Below are positions 1 through 13,190 of a stretch of 64,000 nucleotides of DNA, in pieces; the stretch's first letter is position 1; each line of letters opens with the position of its first letter. The notes below the pieces were generated by a model, which was given only the letters and a program-made list of their open reading frames with translations, did no database searches and had not been told where the DNA came from. The DNA comes from Nemertoderma westbladi (taxonomy: Eukaryota; Animalia; Xenacoelomorpha). The stretch covers positions 31,720 through 95,719 of the forward strand of contig JAUCBJ010004629.1 of assembly GCA_032718475.1 (NCBI GenBank), in the 5' to 3' direction. The translations under genes and the position numbers were made by a program.

Positions 1-1930
1 TGGACAAGTGAATACTGACTAGTATCTGTGTGACAATCTGTCAGTCGCGACAATGTGTGCAGAGTTCGGTGTCATTGGCGATCTCTTCCAGGTTTACCCG
101 GAATGAATTGAAGGACTCATTCGGACCCTGTTTTCAGCCGTGGAAGCGAAGTACGTGTACATCAATGCAGTAGCCTGTGCAGTGTACTGACCTATACTGC
201 AGTGTGTACCACCAGACTGATAATATGACATGCAGACATGCGGACTGTCCTACCACCACCTGAGTATGTGTCATGCAGTCATGAAAGTGAAACACGTTCA
301 CCGCCACCATATAATATCCAACACCATCCAAGGCATATTATTTACTACGCCTTGGCATATAGTATGTCTTGGTCCCATCCCAATCCCACGAACATCTGTT
401 TCATAATATATCATCAGTGGTAGATCTACTGTAGGACTTGGAAGCAAGGGGGGGGGGGGGGCACTTGACGCAAATTAAAGTAACAACAAAGCAATAGACG
501 AAAGTCAATAGGCTACGGTTAGTTATATTTGATTGCGTTGAAGTTATAAGTTAAATCCATTAAAATATCATACGACAGTTTATAGTAGATCAAAATGGCC
601 TGACAGTCGCATTAAGATTTATAAAATAAAGAATACGTAAAATCAACATATATTATTTATTTTATACAACAATATCAATCGATATCAATAATCAACAAGA
701 CAACAATCAATAGACATTCAACACAAAATTTCATTAACAAATATTGCGAAAACATAATTTAAATTAATTTGAAAAAGGGTTAGAATAAATAATCCATAAA
801 AATTCAATGACTCTGAAATGTGTATTCCGTATTAATCAGTCTATTATAATTAAATCTTTTAAGCAACTGGTAAAATTGCTCTAAATCCCATCAGTAGAAT
901 CGATACTCAAATGTGGGCAATCCGAGGCAACGAAAGTGGAGCCCGAATGGCAATCTTGTATCTCTACGCTGAATGCTTTCTAGTAAGATAGTTTAACCAA
1001 CTCTGTTATCAGCCAAAGATAGTAGTTCAACATTCAGTCGTTTCTAACAGCGCTTTGCAGCAATACATCAGCGACTACGTCACCACTAGTTCCGGTATCA
1101 TTGTTAGCATTTTGTCAAATCACGCACTCATCCTCAGACCCCCATGATGAGCGTTAACACTAACCATTGGTCGATTCCTCCTTTACTGTACACATCTGAT
1201 ACGGCCCATACAGATACAAGGTCATTATCCTCTTGCATGAACCCGCCAGGTCATAATATCTATATAGGCCTATATGTACATCATTTTCTTCCTTTGTCAG
1301 TACCATCATAGTAGGCTTAATGGGACATTCACATGGGTGTTCCAGCTCGTGGCTCCAGCAGTCCAGGTACTCCCATTCTCCATATTCGCTCCTCCTTGCC
1401 GTTGCTATTGTTCCCGCATTATAAATCCCCACCATTCACTGTATACATAAGCAAGTATACAGTGCTACAGTGCTTGTACTGGTGACTGCTACACTGTACT
1501 GCTGTACTAGAGTACTAATGTAGCAGTCCCTGCATTAACAAACTGCCCCAATTTATACAAAGATAGTATTAGGAATCTGAATGTTGATATAATTATAAAT
1601 GGGATTCAGAGGCATAGTGATGTCACGACCAATCACAGATCGTTTTCAAATTTTGAATAATTTTTAAACTGAAAACACAAATATCTCGGCTATTTTAGCA
1701 TCTTATTGAATTCTGTAAACACCATTGTGTTTCTATGATATTATTGCATCTAATTTATCTGGTTTTGAATTTGAGTCATGAACTCCATTCTTTTTTTTGG
1801 CCAATTTGGTATTTTCCGATTATAGAAGTAGAATTAGTGCTAACTTACATATGATAGGGAATGAGTGTGGTTTCTGTATTTTAAATAATCTAACTGACTT
1901 ATCTGCTTATAACTATTATAAATCTTCCAG

Positions 1931-1986
1931 TAATTATAACTTTTTGTTGGGCACAGTTTTTGCAAAGTCGGCAATGACGTCCAGGT
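1931..1986 (-). mobile_element. Internal fragment of a tRNA-derived SINE
   Basis: Reverse complement acctggacgtcattgccgactttgcaaaaactgtgcccaacaaaaagttataatta matches the body of the SINE copies at 30567-30680 and 34215-34320. Confidence 0.8.
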
Positions 1987-3053
1987 ACAACCTCCTATCT
2001 CGACTTTGTAAACATGAGATTATTGGAATCCCAAGAATAAACCTATTGGTTGGCCTATTCTATGCCGTCTGCTCTGGATTGATGCCATTTTCAAATAAAA
2101 TGTTACTGGAATATTACCAATTCAACTGTTTCAATATGCTAATTCTATGTCAATCAGTTGCTGTTGTTATATTATTTGCAATATTGAATTATTGTAAAAT
2201 TATTAAAATCGACAATGTTAATTTCGTTGCTGGTAGATATATGCTGCTGTTTTCCGGATGCTATTATACAAACGCGCTAGCTACTTTGTATACATTGGTG
2301 GGATTAGACATACCAATGTACAACGCTATTAAAAGAACGGTACCCTTCGTTAACCTAATACTCTTATATTGCCTTCTCAGCAAAAGGAGCCCTACTAAAC
2401 TGAAAAATACTGCAGTGTTTGTCATGACAGCGGGGTGCCTAATGGCAGGAATCGGAGAGACTAATCACAACTTATTGGCTTATATGTGGGGGATTGTTTG
2501 TGTGACGTCACAAGGTGTCTATCTCACTGTATCACAGAAACTTTCCGAAGAATGCCACTTATCTACAATAACTATTATTTACATGAATTCTCTTCAAACT
2601 GCTGTTATTTCAGCTGTTGGTGTTCTTATTTCAAATGAATATAATCATCTTAAGCAAAGAATAGGTGACAAACATGATGGAACAGAGCTCTTATTGGCTT
2701 TCATACTAGCATTGACCAATAGCACTCTGTCAATGGCATCCAAATTTCTCTGCACTAATAGAAACTCCGCGCTAACCACTAGTGTGATTGGAGTTGCCAA
2801 GGGAACTGTTTCATCCTGTTTTGGATTGCTTGGCTTTCAAAACCAAACAATAACGCCATTATATCTTTTAGGATTATCCACGAACACAGTGGGGGGTGTA
2901 TGTTATGTGTTTGCGAGTAAATGGAACAGCGTTGATGTCTCTGGTAAAGAAAATCATTTCCAGGATGATTCTAGCAACATCGATGATGTGCATCATGATG
3001 ATTCTATTATTAATATCCCCAATGGTAGTTGTCAAGGGACTTCCATTGTTTAA
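1974..3053 (+). CDS. SLC35D: SLC35D-family nucleotide-sugar transporter (SLC35D3/fringe connection-like), copy 1, intronless CDS
   Basis: Multi-TM protein with FYAVCS..FSNKMLL, GLDIPMYNAIKR and NSALTTSVIGVAK motifs typical of SLC35D. The start is set at the SINE-derived ATG 1974 because the track's 1797 start is a TTG in sequence that is non-coding in copy 2. Confidence 0.85.
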   Translation: MTSRYNLLSRLCKHEIIGIPRINLLVGLFYAVCSGLMPFSNKMLLEYYQFNCFNMLILCQSVAVVILFAILNYCKIIKIDNVNFVAGRYMLLFSGCYYTNALATLYTLVGLDIPMYNAIKRTVPFVNLILLYCLLSKRSPTKLKNTAVFVMTAGCLMAGIGETNHNLLAYMWGIVCVTSQGVYLTVSQKLSEECHLSTITIIYMNSLQTAVISAVGVLISNEYNHLKQRIGDKHDGTELLLAFILALTNSTLSMASKFLCTNRNSALTTSVIGVAKGTVSSCFGLLGFQNQTITPLYLLGLSTNTVGGVCYVFASKWNSVDVSGKENHFQDDSSNIDDVHHDDSIINIPNGSCQGTSIV

Positions 3054-3364
3054 CATTATGAAGGTGACGGGTTGCGGTGACGGTGAAGGTGACGGTGACG
3101 AGGTAGCTTCACCAATTTAAACAAATGAATCAACATTTCTGACGTTAGAGGGTATGCCAGAATTGCCACTCATCTATTACATTGTGTATTTATTAATATA
3201 TATATATAAATTTAAATTGCACTAAATTAACTACATAAGGAAATAATATTAATGGAATGTTCAGAGAGAAATTAATGAAGCATTGATAGAATTTATACAG
3301 TAAATAGTATAGTAGCATAGTTTTTGGGTTTCAGTAAGAAGGTTTGAGTTTTTCAGTTTCATGT

Positions 3365-4700
3365 TGTTGCCTCAAATCCCCAAATCCAAGCCCACGCCAC
3401 GAACGATGGCCACCATGGAGGCAGAGTAAGCTTGACCGGAGATGTGCGATTTGAAGGCGCTGCCTTAGACCCCACAATACACAAGCGAGGCCCCTTTCTC
3501 TCATTCCTTGGTGTTTTAATACCAGGGCCTTCGCAATATGTTTTATGAGTATCTGGGCTTCATGGCACCAGACTCCATCAGTAGCACCAACAAGGGGGGT
3601 GGAGGACATCCTCCGGTCTTCATACACGGTGCGGTAATGTCGCATTTTATAGCGGCAGCATTTGTCCAACAGTGACTCAGTAGAGTGGTTTGTTTGGGAG
3701 TAAGAGGTGGCAACAGCATTGATAACTGCGACATCGAACAATGCCACAATTTGAGAAGCACAACCCTGAGCTACCAAGTCAGCATGAACACCACTGACTG
3801 CGATCCCGGCGCTATTGTGGTGGTCTTGCAACAGTGTTACCTCCTGCTCCACGCTTGATGGTCCTACAACAGTGGCCAAGAGGTCCCCAAATGCCTCCCA
3901 GACTTCATTGTGACATTTCATGAACAGACCTTCCAACTTGCAGCTCAGTGCATAGGTGGAGGAGAACTCGCCTCCACACTCCTCATACATCCCCTGTAGA
4001 CTGGGAGGGACCATGCAGTACCAGAGTACAAGATTATCATGGAACTCCTCCGCACTGAGGTCTGTCCCGTCGAGCTCAGAAGGCTGTGCAGTCAACCATC
4101 CACCAGTCTTGTAATTTACTGCCCATCCCACTGTTCTCCGTTGGTTGGTGGGTAGGTTTCTAGAGCAGCATCACGCACCTCGAGAAACCATGTTTCGATT
4201 AGTTCCCATGACTCTGAGGGCCTGGTTCATGTGAACCAAAATATCAGGCACCTGTAGTGGTACAACAGTTTGTAATGCCTCGTTGACCATGGATGCGTTC
4301 CTGGTTGTATTGCATTGTAGTAGAAGGTTGCGGAGACCAATTCCACCATGAGGAGCGGGGAGAAGGACAAGGTCTTCCTCGGTCTGGTTAAGAGTGGTCC
4401 CAAAAAGGACAGGAATGAAAACACAGAGCAGGGCTGCCCGGATAGGTGCGAGGTCTTCATTGGTAGTCGGAACAACCCGAAGAAGCTAATCCCACTCCAC
4501 CTGAACATCAGAGATATACCAGTGTGGCCAGACTTCATAACTGCCGAGATTTAATGGATGTTCACCACCCATCCCTCCACCTTCTTCTCTACAAATGCGT
4601 TCCTGGTTGAAGGATCACTAGATACCACATCTGGATACCCCTGTCCCCGAACCACTCCCACACCTCCTCGTCACCAGCTAACTACTTGTAACCATTTGGC
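3365..4700 (-). mobile_element. Degenerate 5'-truncated CRE-clade (restriction-like endonuclease) non-LTR retrotransposon, copy 1
   Basis: Translation shows a CCHC-like ALSCK..G...HNEV segment, ADL..G, FDVAVIN..ATSY and TPLVGATDG..EA, matching the RLE C-terminal domain. Frameshifts and stops are present. Confidence 0.7.
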
Positions 4701-5121
4701 AGTTTTCTCTCAATTGATAGTAATATTAATAATAATAATTCTTATTAAATAATAAACACGGTTACAATAAGAACAGATAGAATAATAACAAACGAATTAG
4801 GAATTGTGCTGGTCATGGCAATGACCTAAGCACTATAAAACATTAGATCAGAAGATGAAACAAATGGATATTTATATATGATGGACCAAGGTATAAATTA
4901 GTCCAGGCATGTTTTACAGAATTTTGGTTGCATTAAATCTAGTACGGGTCATCTAAACCCTATTTCTAAAACTTTTTCACATCCACATTCCCAAAAACAT
5001 ACCTTCACGATGACACTATTAAATAGTATCCAGTGTGTTCAGTCATTGGATGATATGGTTGGTCATCTAGCAGACATCTGCTAGTGTGATGGATTCATCT
5101 ATCTATTAAGAGTAAGAGAAT

Positions 5122-6085
5122 CACTACTACTACGATGGGCATGCTGCAATACAGCTGCATTATATATATATATATTACATATATATTAAGAATGCTGTGC
5201 CGGCTTGTTGACAAAATTGCGCCACCACAACTCTCTATCACCCATGACATTTGCTAGATCATCCGCATCTTCAAGGCCAGTGTCCTTTGATGCATCTCAA
5301 GAAAGTCATGGGCTGTCCACCATGATTATTCGCTCCATGAGGTTACCAAAGCAAAAGATTATGCACTGGCTGGTTCTCATGGTGAAAGCAATGTCCTGCA
5401 AAGTTGAGGTGGTTCCATTTAAGTGTCAAGCTAGGGGAGACTAATGGAACACCTCCAATGTTGTATAGTCTGATTGGAGATGTGTTCAATGTACTTGGCA
5501 CAATGAAACCGGCGCAGCATTCTTGTGAAAGTGCCATCTAGAGATTTGGTATACTCTGCAGTTAGACCCCAGCATGGACTCCCATATAAGAGTTCTGGTA
5601 CTATTACTGCCATAAATAATCGAACCTTAAGGTTCTGTTTTATTCTATGGGACTTTCAAATCTTGGACAGACTATTTGATGCTGCCCATGCCTTCCCCTT
5701 ACGCATCCGATGGTCTTCACCTGACTTTATGAACCATGATCCCAAGTAGCAGAAGTCATCCAAGAGCTCAACCAAGCTGTACTTCGATCCTATGCCCTAA
5801 ATCCCCTATCCCTTTGGGATCCCTCTAGTGGTTAGACAGTACTCCTAAGTCATCAGCAAAGTCTAGATCAGTACGGTACTTTGCTGGATTTCCTCTACTT
5901 CTTGTGTCAGTAGGGGGTGTTACCATCTTTATTAAGATGGTATAAGGTCACCATGAAGGACTCCCCATAAGACTGGATCTGTGGACGAGGATCTGTGTCA
6001 CCATCAGCAGTAGACACAAACGTGGTGGAACCATCGTACAGTGATCTGATAGCTGCAATAATTTCCTCAGGGATCCCATACGAAT
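5122..6085 (-). mobile_element. RTE-group LINE 3' fragment
   Basis: Matches the RT C-terminus (DLDFADD, YLGS, LLYGSPCW) and the (TAG)n tail of the element at 43150-45516. Confidence 0.85.
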
Positions 6086-6834
6086 CACACTGTCTGTGAA
6101 GGTAAATTTATTCTAGATAGCAGTATAGACACCAGCTTCTTGAAGGTACATACACCAGGATACTGCGCAGGGTTTATGGCATAAAATACAATGCTCACTT
6201 AACAACTTAGGAATTGTACAATCTCTGTAGTATCCGAGAATTGCCAAAGCCCAGCACCATCCTACAGTCAATATGAAAGAGACTTATCAGTCTGTGCAAG
6301 ATCTTCTTCTTTGGTAGCCATTGACATTCCTGTTATGTCTGAAAGGCAATGGCGTAGATAATGCAGATTATGATAATCAGATACCACTACCATTTCTTTG
6401 GTAAAGTCTGCTTTTTTATTGACTTAAAATTAACATATTATGTTAACATACAAGCTAACAACATGGAACTCCTTGAGATAATTAATTTCCTTCAAAGCTA
6501 TAAATTTTAAAATATAACATTATTTTAACATATTCCATAGAAAATGCGTTAAACAATAAAGTATTCTACATTATTCTCTTTTACATTATTTTCACTTCAA
6601 ATTTAGCCATTGAATATCTTAATTTAATTAAAATATTTAACCTATACATCATCAGCAAAATTTACATTGATCGGAACTAACTGGGATATAAATTATTAAA
6701 CATATGTTGTGTCTATAAACTTTTCGATTCTAGAACTTTTTTCAAAAATATAAACAAATATATACTATAATCCACCTGCTGCATTGCAGGTACACATTGA
6801 GATGATATGCCAGCTTAACAAAAACATTTTGTCA

Positions 6835-7075
6835 CCATCATGCAATCCACAATTGGCATGCTCCAATGCAGCTTGCATTAAGAATGCTATGCCGGCTTAT
6901 AGACAAAATGGATATATCCCTTTTGAATTTCGAGAATTATCCACAAGGTCAGCATCCTTTGAGAGGCTTTTCAAGAAAGTCATGGGATGTCAACCATGCT
7001 TATTATCTCCATGTGATTGCCAAAGCACAAGATTGTGCACAGGCTCGTCCTCACGGCGAAAGCAATCAAGGGCCA
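6835..7075 (-). mobile_element. Diverged LINE 3' fragment (also at about 15405-15640 in copy 2)
   Basis: Contains tcaagaaagtcatggg..caaagcacaagattgtgcacaggct, similar to the LINE 3' end. Confidence 0.6.
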
Positions 7076-10000
7076 TACTCCTAGTCATCTTTGTAGCTCT
7101 ACTTCAAGGCCTTTTCATATTTAACCTAATTTTCTCTGTACAATGTCATGGCGGATCATTGTATTCAGTATGTTTGATATTAAGAAATTTCACAGGGTTT
7201 AGAGAATATAATACAATTATATTTGTACAAAATCTCTCGATAATAATATCTTATATAAGGGCAGAAGAAATGAGGTGCTTGTGCATGGCTAAATAAGGAT
7301 GTTTCTGTACCTGTACAACTGTACATCTATAAACTGCGAGGTGGAATCTTCAGTTAGGTGTTGGGCAACGAAACTACCCCCTAACCCTAGAGGTTTATCG
7401 CAAACTCTGTGTAGTGATTGGTCCTCTAATTATATTTAAAAGCAGCTGGATGGGATGAAGGGAGTCATCTTAGTTCCGTTCGCAGTCCACAGACTGTATG
7501 AGTGGGATATCTGCTGCTCCTAAAACTTGCACTATGACAGCCAGGATTAATAAGAACTCAGTTCCACCATCTGGCGAGATTACCTGAGCTTATGTGTCAC
7601 AATAATTAATTGTAACCATCAAATACCAGAAACTCTCAAATTTATAATGATTTTAAAAATAAAAATAATAAATTTTGTTTATAAAATTGCCAATTTATCA
7701 GAAATAGAAAATGAAAATACAAAAAGTTTCCGAAAATTATGATGAAAATGAACATGGTGGTGATGAGTAGTCTTTTTAGCGAAATTTTTTAAATCTCTCT
7801 CACGCCGGTTGCTAGGAGGCGCCAAAAAAATAATTTTCAAATTGTTATTTACTTTAGTTCATTCTTTTTTGGGTGATAGATCGTTTTCTATGCATTTTTC
7901 AACCACATTATTTACAAATAAAAAAAACACTAGGGGTTTTATTTTATTAGTTCACAATTTTATGGCGGTTCTTTATTAGTTTGCTGATGGTGATGATATG
8001 TTACTTTTGTGGCTTTCTGTTGTTGGGCTTAAATACATTAGATTCGACATAAGATTAGGCATATTGTACTGATTGAATATAAGTTACGAATGCCGATACA
8101 AATAAATCAATACTAAATGTATCCCATCCCGTTCCAGTTCCAGAACAGGATGGAAGCCGCCAAGTATTAAAATTACTCTCAATAATGTCTCTCTACCATC
8201 ATTGGTGGAACAAGGACTATATTTAGGAATCTTGCTTGACTTCAAATGTTGATGCTACAGTTTTATACGGTACCGGTAGCGCAGTCGTACGATGTATACC
8301 CTTTGTAATACAAATATACGTCATATTTGGTGCTTACCATATAATAGCCATAGATGCATAGTTGACGATATTATTAATTTCCACACCTAAAGGCGAAGGT
8401 AATGCTTAGTAAACATTTAGTTAAATTTGCTACTAATTCGTTTTTTTGGCCAATGTGGTATTTTTCAATTATAGAAGTAGAATTCGTGCTAACTTACATA
8501 GGATAGGGAATGAGTGTGGTTTCTGTATTTTAAATAATCTAACTGACTTATCTGCTTATAACTATTTTAAATCTTCCTTAATAGTACCTGGCCCCTAATT
8601 TGTGCCATGAAATTAATGATTGTATTGTCAACGAGTCAACCTTGTCGCACTTTTATACTTAAGAACTCGTAGAAATAATGAAGTATATGGCGTCGTTCTA
8701 GGATCGTTTAGTATTATGTATGCTATTACATTATATTACATACATAATTCGTACTTAATTACGTGCCTGCCTTATCGGACCTTCATGTTTCTCAGTATTC
8801 TATTATAGTACCACTGTTGCTGCTGTCTGTACTGCAGTAGTAGCATATGGCCTATGGTTGGTTTGGTCCACAAGACTGGACTAATCATGCGTCTACATAT
8901 CCGTCAGATTAGTATAACCAAACAGTTGTTGTTATTGATAGTGTCTTTGGACCCCGCTTTAAATGCAATCCTGTGTGGGTTGGATCACTACTAAAGATAT
9001 TAGTTTAGACGCATGCACTGCACAGCTGTTAGCCTAGCAACGTTCAAGTAATTATATACATATCGATTGGTGTGTACCACATACCACATACAGCATCGAT
9101 GGTTTTATCATTAGATGACAAAAACTGTAATTACGATTAATAAACGGTTGTTTCCACATAATATTGCGGAAGTTAAAAATGTAGTGAAAACCAAGTAAAT
9201 AGGTCAGTCAGTATAAAACATATGTATTTATTTATTTTAGAGTAAAAAGTGATATGTATTTTGTTATATTTTTGTTTCTTCCACTATACATTCCAATATA
9301 ATAAATAATAGTACATAGATTGTCTCTGTCTTATGATTGGATCATTCTTTGGAATATATTTGTGTGCAACATGTTTACAGTATGCATATTACAGCATATA
9401 AATACAAAGCAATTTACAAAACAGTAATTTCATTATACTTATTTATTTAAATTGTTTTACGCCGAGCGCGGCTGCCTCAAGTAATGATATATACAATAAT
9501 TTCTGAAATCGCCCATCACTGTTGTCATTACGAAAAAACTATGTTATACATATAAAAACTTTAAATAACATAGGCTTGATCTATTTTTGTTAATCAACAA
9601 TTTTAGTCTATAATTAAATTAATTTGTACACATTTATCAGTAATCCCGGAATGATATGTTTTTTAATAAGTGGTTTATAATTAATTAATTTTTAACTCGA
9701 ATTAAAACAAATTTTATTTAATTCGATTAATTAATTGTTAGAAAATTATAACATAACAAGAAGTCTGCCTATTTATTACAATTAGTAGGCAGAAGACACC
9801 TACAGAATTTATATTTATAATTTCCCATCCCAATAAAAAATGGGGTTAACTGTGCTACGTTAGCCGTCATTGTTGTGGTGTGACGGCATGGTTACACGAC
9901 CAGGCCATTTGTTTTTGGAATTGTGTATTAGGAAAGTATAATATTATCACTGGAGCTCTAACTCGAGTTTCTGCAGCTATTATTATTAGTTTTTGTTTGT

Positions 10001-10430
10001 GGCAGTAATGTTTGAATGCTAATAACTAATAAGTCGATCAATCATGGATGAAATAGTTGACATGTAGTCTATCAAAAGTTTAGAAATTCTACACAGACTT
10101 ATACAGTTCCTCTGTCTGCCGCTAGGGGCGAATTTGAGAGAAACGTAAAATTAGCTGCAATTATAGAACCAACCATAAGATTCATCTGAAATTTTGTAGT
10201 AGTAATTAACCTACGAGCATTGCTTAATTATAAATTCTACACACAGACAGACTTTTACAGTTCCTCTGTCTGCCGCTGGAGGTCGAATTGTCAAAGCTCC
10301 AGTTCATCGTGCTTAGCACGGTTTAATTGATTATTATAACCTTTTTAATTATAATATTGTTATTTCATATAAGATCTGATTGTAACGGATAACTTTGACC
10401 AGTTATTCAGCCTCGAGTATCATCACTTCG

Positions 10431-11504
10431 ATGAACAACCTCCTATCTCGATTCCGTAAACATGAGATTATTGGAATCCCAAGAATAAACCTTTTGGCTG
10501 GCCTATTCTATGCAGTCTGCTCTGGATTGATGCCATTTTCAAATAAAATGTTACTGGAATATTACCAATTCAACTGTTTCAATATGCTAATTCTATGTCA
10601 ATCAGTTGCTGTTGTTATATTATTTGCAATATTGAATTATTGTAAAATTATTAAAATCGATAATGTTAATTTCGTTGCTGGTAGATATATGCTGCTGTTG
10701 TCCGGATGCTATTATACAAACGCGCTAGCTACTTTGTATACATTGGCAGGATTAGACATACCAATGTACAACGCTATTAAAAGAACGGTACCCTTCGTTA
10801 ACCTAATACTTTTATATTGCCTTCTCAGCAAAAGGAGCCAACCTACTAAACTGAAAAACACTGCAGTGTTTGTCATGACAGCGGGGTGCCTAATGGCAGG
10901 AATCGGGGAGACTAATCACAACTTTTTGGCTTATATGTGGGGGATTGTTTGCGTGACGTCACAAGGTGTCTATCTCACTGTATCACAGAAACTTTCCGAA
11001 GAACGCCACTTATCTACAATAACTATTATTTACATTAATTCTCTTCAAATTGCTGTTATTTCAGCTATTGGTGTTCTTATTTCAAATGAATATAATCATC
11101 TTAAGCAAAGAATAGGTGACAAACATGATGGAACAGAGCTCTTATTGGCTTTCATACTAGCATTGACCAATAGCGCTCTGTCAATGGCATCCAAATTTCT
11201 CTGTGCCAATAGAAACTCCGCGCTAACCACTAGTGTGATCGGAGTTGTCAAGGGAACTGTTTCATCCTGTTTTGGATTGCTTGGCTTTCAAAACCAAACA
11301 ATAACGCCATTATATCTTTTAGGATTATCCACGAACACAGTGGGGGGTGTATGTTATGTGTTTGCTAGTAAATGGAACAGCCATGATGTCTCTAGTAAAG
11401 AAAATTATATACGGGGTGATTCTAGCAACAGCGATGATGTGCGTCATGGTGGTTCTATTAACAATGTCCCCAATGGTAGTTGTCAAGGGACTTCCATTGT
11501 TTAA
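10431..11504 (+). CDS. SLC35D: SLC35D-family nucleotide-sugar transporter, copy 2, intronless CDS (357 aa)
   Basis: Paralogue of 1974-3053. First ATG at 10431, preceded by a possible acceptor ttattcag at 10410 (5' UTR intron). Intact ORF. Confidence 0.9.
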   Translation: MNNLLSRFRKHEIIGIPRINLLAGLFYAVCSGLMPFSNKMLLEYYQFNCFNMLILCQSVAVVILFAILNYCKIIKIDNVNFVAGRYMLLLSGCYYTNALATLYTLAGLDIPMYNAIKRTVPFVNLILLYCLLSKRSQPTKLKNTAVFVMTAGCLMAGIGETNHNFLAYMWGIVCVTSQGVYLTVSQKLSEERHLSTITIIYINSLQIAVISAIGVLISNEYNHLKQRIGDKHDGTELLLAFILALTNSALSMASKFLCANRNSALTTSVIGVVKGTVSSCFGLLGFQNQTITPLYLLGLSTNTVGGVCYVFASKWNSHDVSSKENYIRGDSSNSDDVRHGGSINNVPNGSCQGTSIV

Positions 11505-11785
11505 CATTACGAAGGTGATGGGTTGCAATTTATGTTTACTAAGATAGGTTCACCAATTTAAACAAATGAATCAACATTTCTGACGTTAGAGGGTATGCGA
11601 GAATTTCACTCATCTATTACATTGTGTATTTATTAAAATATATATAATTTTAAATTGCACTAAATTAACTACATAAGGAAATGATATTAATGGAATGTTC
11701 CGAGAGAAATTAATGAAGTATTAATAGAATTTATACAGTAAATAGTATGGTAGCATTGTTTTTGAATTTCAGCAATGTGTCGCGA

Positions 11786-13190
11786 TGTTGTTGCCTCAAA
11801 ACCCACTCTATCCCCGAATCCAAGCCCATACCATGAACGAAGGCCACCATGGAGGCAGAGCAAGCTTGACCGGAGAAGTGCGAATAGAAGACGCTGCCTT
11901 AGTCCCCACAACACACAAGTGAGGCCCCGTTCTCTCATTCATTGGTGTTTTAATACCAGGGCCTCCGCAATATGTTTTATGAGTATCTGGGCCTCATGGC
12001 ACCGGACCCCATCAGTGGTCCCAAAAAGGGGGGTGGAGGACATCCTCCAGTCCTCATACACTGTACAGTAATGTCACATTTTATAGTGGCAGCATTAGTC
12101 CAACAGTGACTCAGTAGAGCGGTTTGTTTGGGAGTAAGAGATGGCATCAGCATTGATCACTGCGACATCGAACGACGCCACAATTTGAGAAGTGCAACCC
12201 TGAGCTACCAAGTCAGCATGAACACCACCGACTGCAATCCTGGAGCTATTGTTGTGGTATTGTGATAATGTCACATTTTGCTCCACACTCGATGGTCCTA
12301 CCACAGAGGCCAAGAGGTCCCCAAATACCTCCCGGACTTCTTTGTGACTTTTCATAAACAGACCTCCCAACTTGCAGCTCAGTGCATAAGCGGAGGAGAA
12401 CTTGCCTCCAGACCCCTCACACATCCCTGGTAGACCAGGAGTGACCATGCAGTACCAGAGCGCAAGATTATCACCGAACTCCTCAGCACTGAGGTCTGTC
12501 CCATCGAGCACAGAAGGCTGTGCAGTCAACCATCCACTAGTCTTGTAATTTACTGTCCATCCCACTGTTCTCCGTCAGTTGGTGGGTAGGTTTCTATAGC
12601 GGCATCACGCACCTCGAGAAACCACATTTCGAGTAGTTCCCGTGACTCTGAGGGCCTGGTTCATGTGAACCAAATGATCAAGCACCTGTAGTGGTACAGT
12701 GGTACAACAGTTTGCAATCCCTCGTTGACCAGTGCCCTCCATGGATGCCTTCCTGCCTGGATTGCGTCGTAGTAGAGGGTCGCAGATACCAATTCCACCA
12801 TGAGGAGTGGGGAGAAGAACACAGTCATCCTTGGTCTGGTTAAGAGTGGTCCCAAAAAGGATGGGAATGAAAATACGGAGCAGGGCTGCCCAGATAGGTG
12901 TGAGGTCTTCATCGGTAATCAGAACAACCCGAAGAAGCCAATCCCACTCCACATGAACATACGGGATATATCGGTGTGTCTGGACTGTGGGGTGGGTAGA
13001 CTTCATAACTGCCGAGATTTAATGGATGTTCACCACCCATCCCTTCACCTTCTTCTCCATGAATGCTTTCCTGGTTGAAGGATCACCAATAAATCCCCCA
13101 AGGAACTGGTGTCCACCAACAATCTGGATACCCGTGTTCCCGAACCACTCCCACGCTTCCTCGTAACCAGGTAACCACTCGTAACCACTT
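11786..13190 (-). mobile_element. Degenerate CRE-clade non-LTR retrotransposon, copy 2
   Basis: GHQFLGGFIG (end of RT, about 13085-13125), LPTPHGGIGICDP, ALSCKLGGL..H.EVRE, ADL and FDVAVINADAISY motifs. Confidence 0.72.

Larger units (their letters stand above)
1790..7490 (+). repeat. Segmental tandem duplication, copy 1 (SLC35D gene + CRE remnant + LINE fragments)
   Basis: Colinear with 8441-16232 from ttttttggccaat..tatagaagtagaatt to ..ttagttccgttcgcagt. Same order of elements, with substitutions and indels. Confidence 0.93.

Noticed and set aside
1160-1435. 91-aa ORF and other short ORFs in the track (e.g. 6784-7296, 30220-30531, 50094-50630)
   Set aside because: No recognisable motifs or splice support. 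Several are antisense to or overlap TE remnants.
1797-1973. 59-aa N-terminal extension of SLC35D copy 1
   Set aside because: It starts at TTG, and the homologous sequence in copy 2 is non-coding and lies about 1.9 kb from the CDS. Downstream in-frame ATGs in this stretch cannot be fully excluded.
10085-10290. Duplicated ~45-bp motif resembling a CTCF site upstream of SLC35D copy 2
   Set aside because: Only a partial motif match. It more likely belongs to a small repeat.
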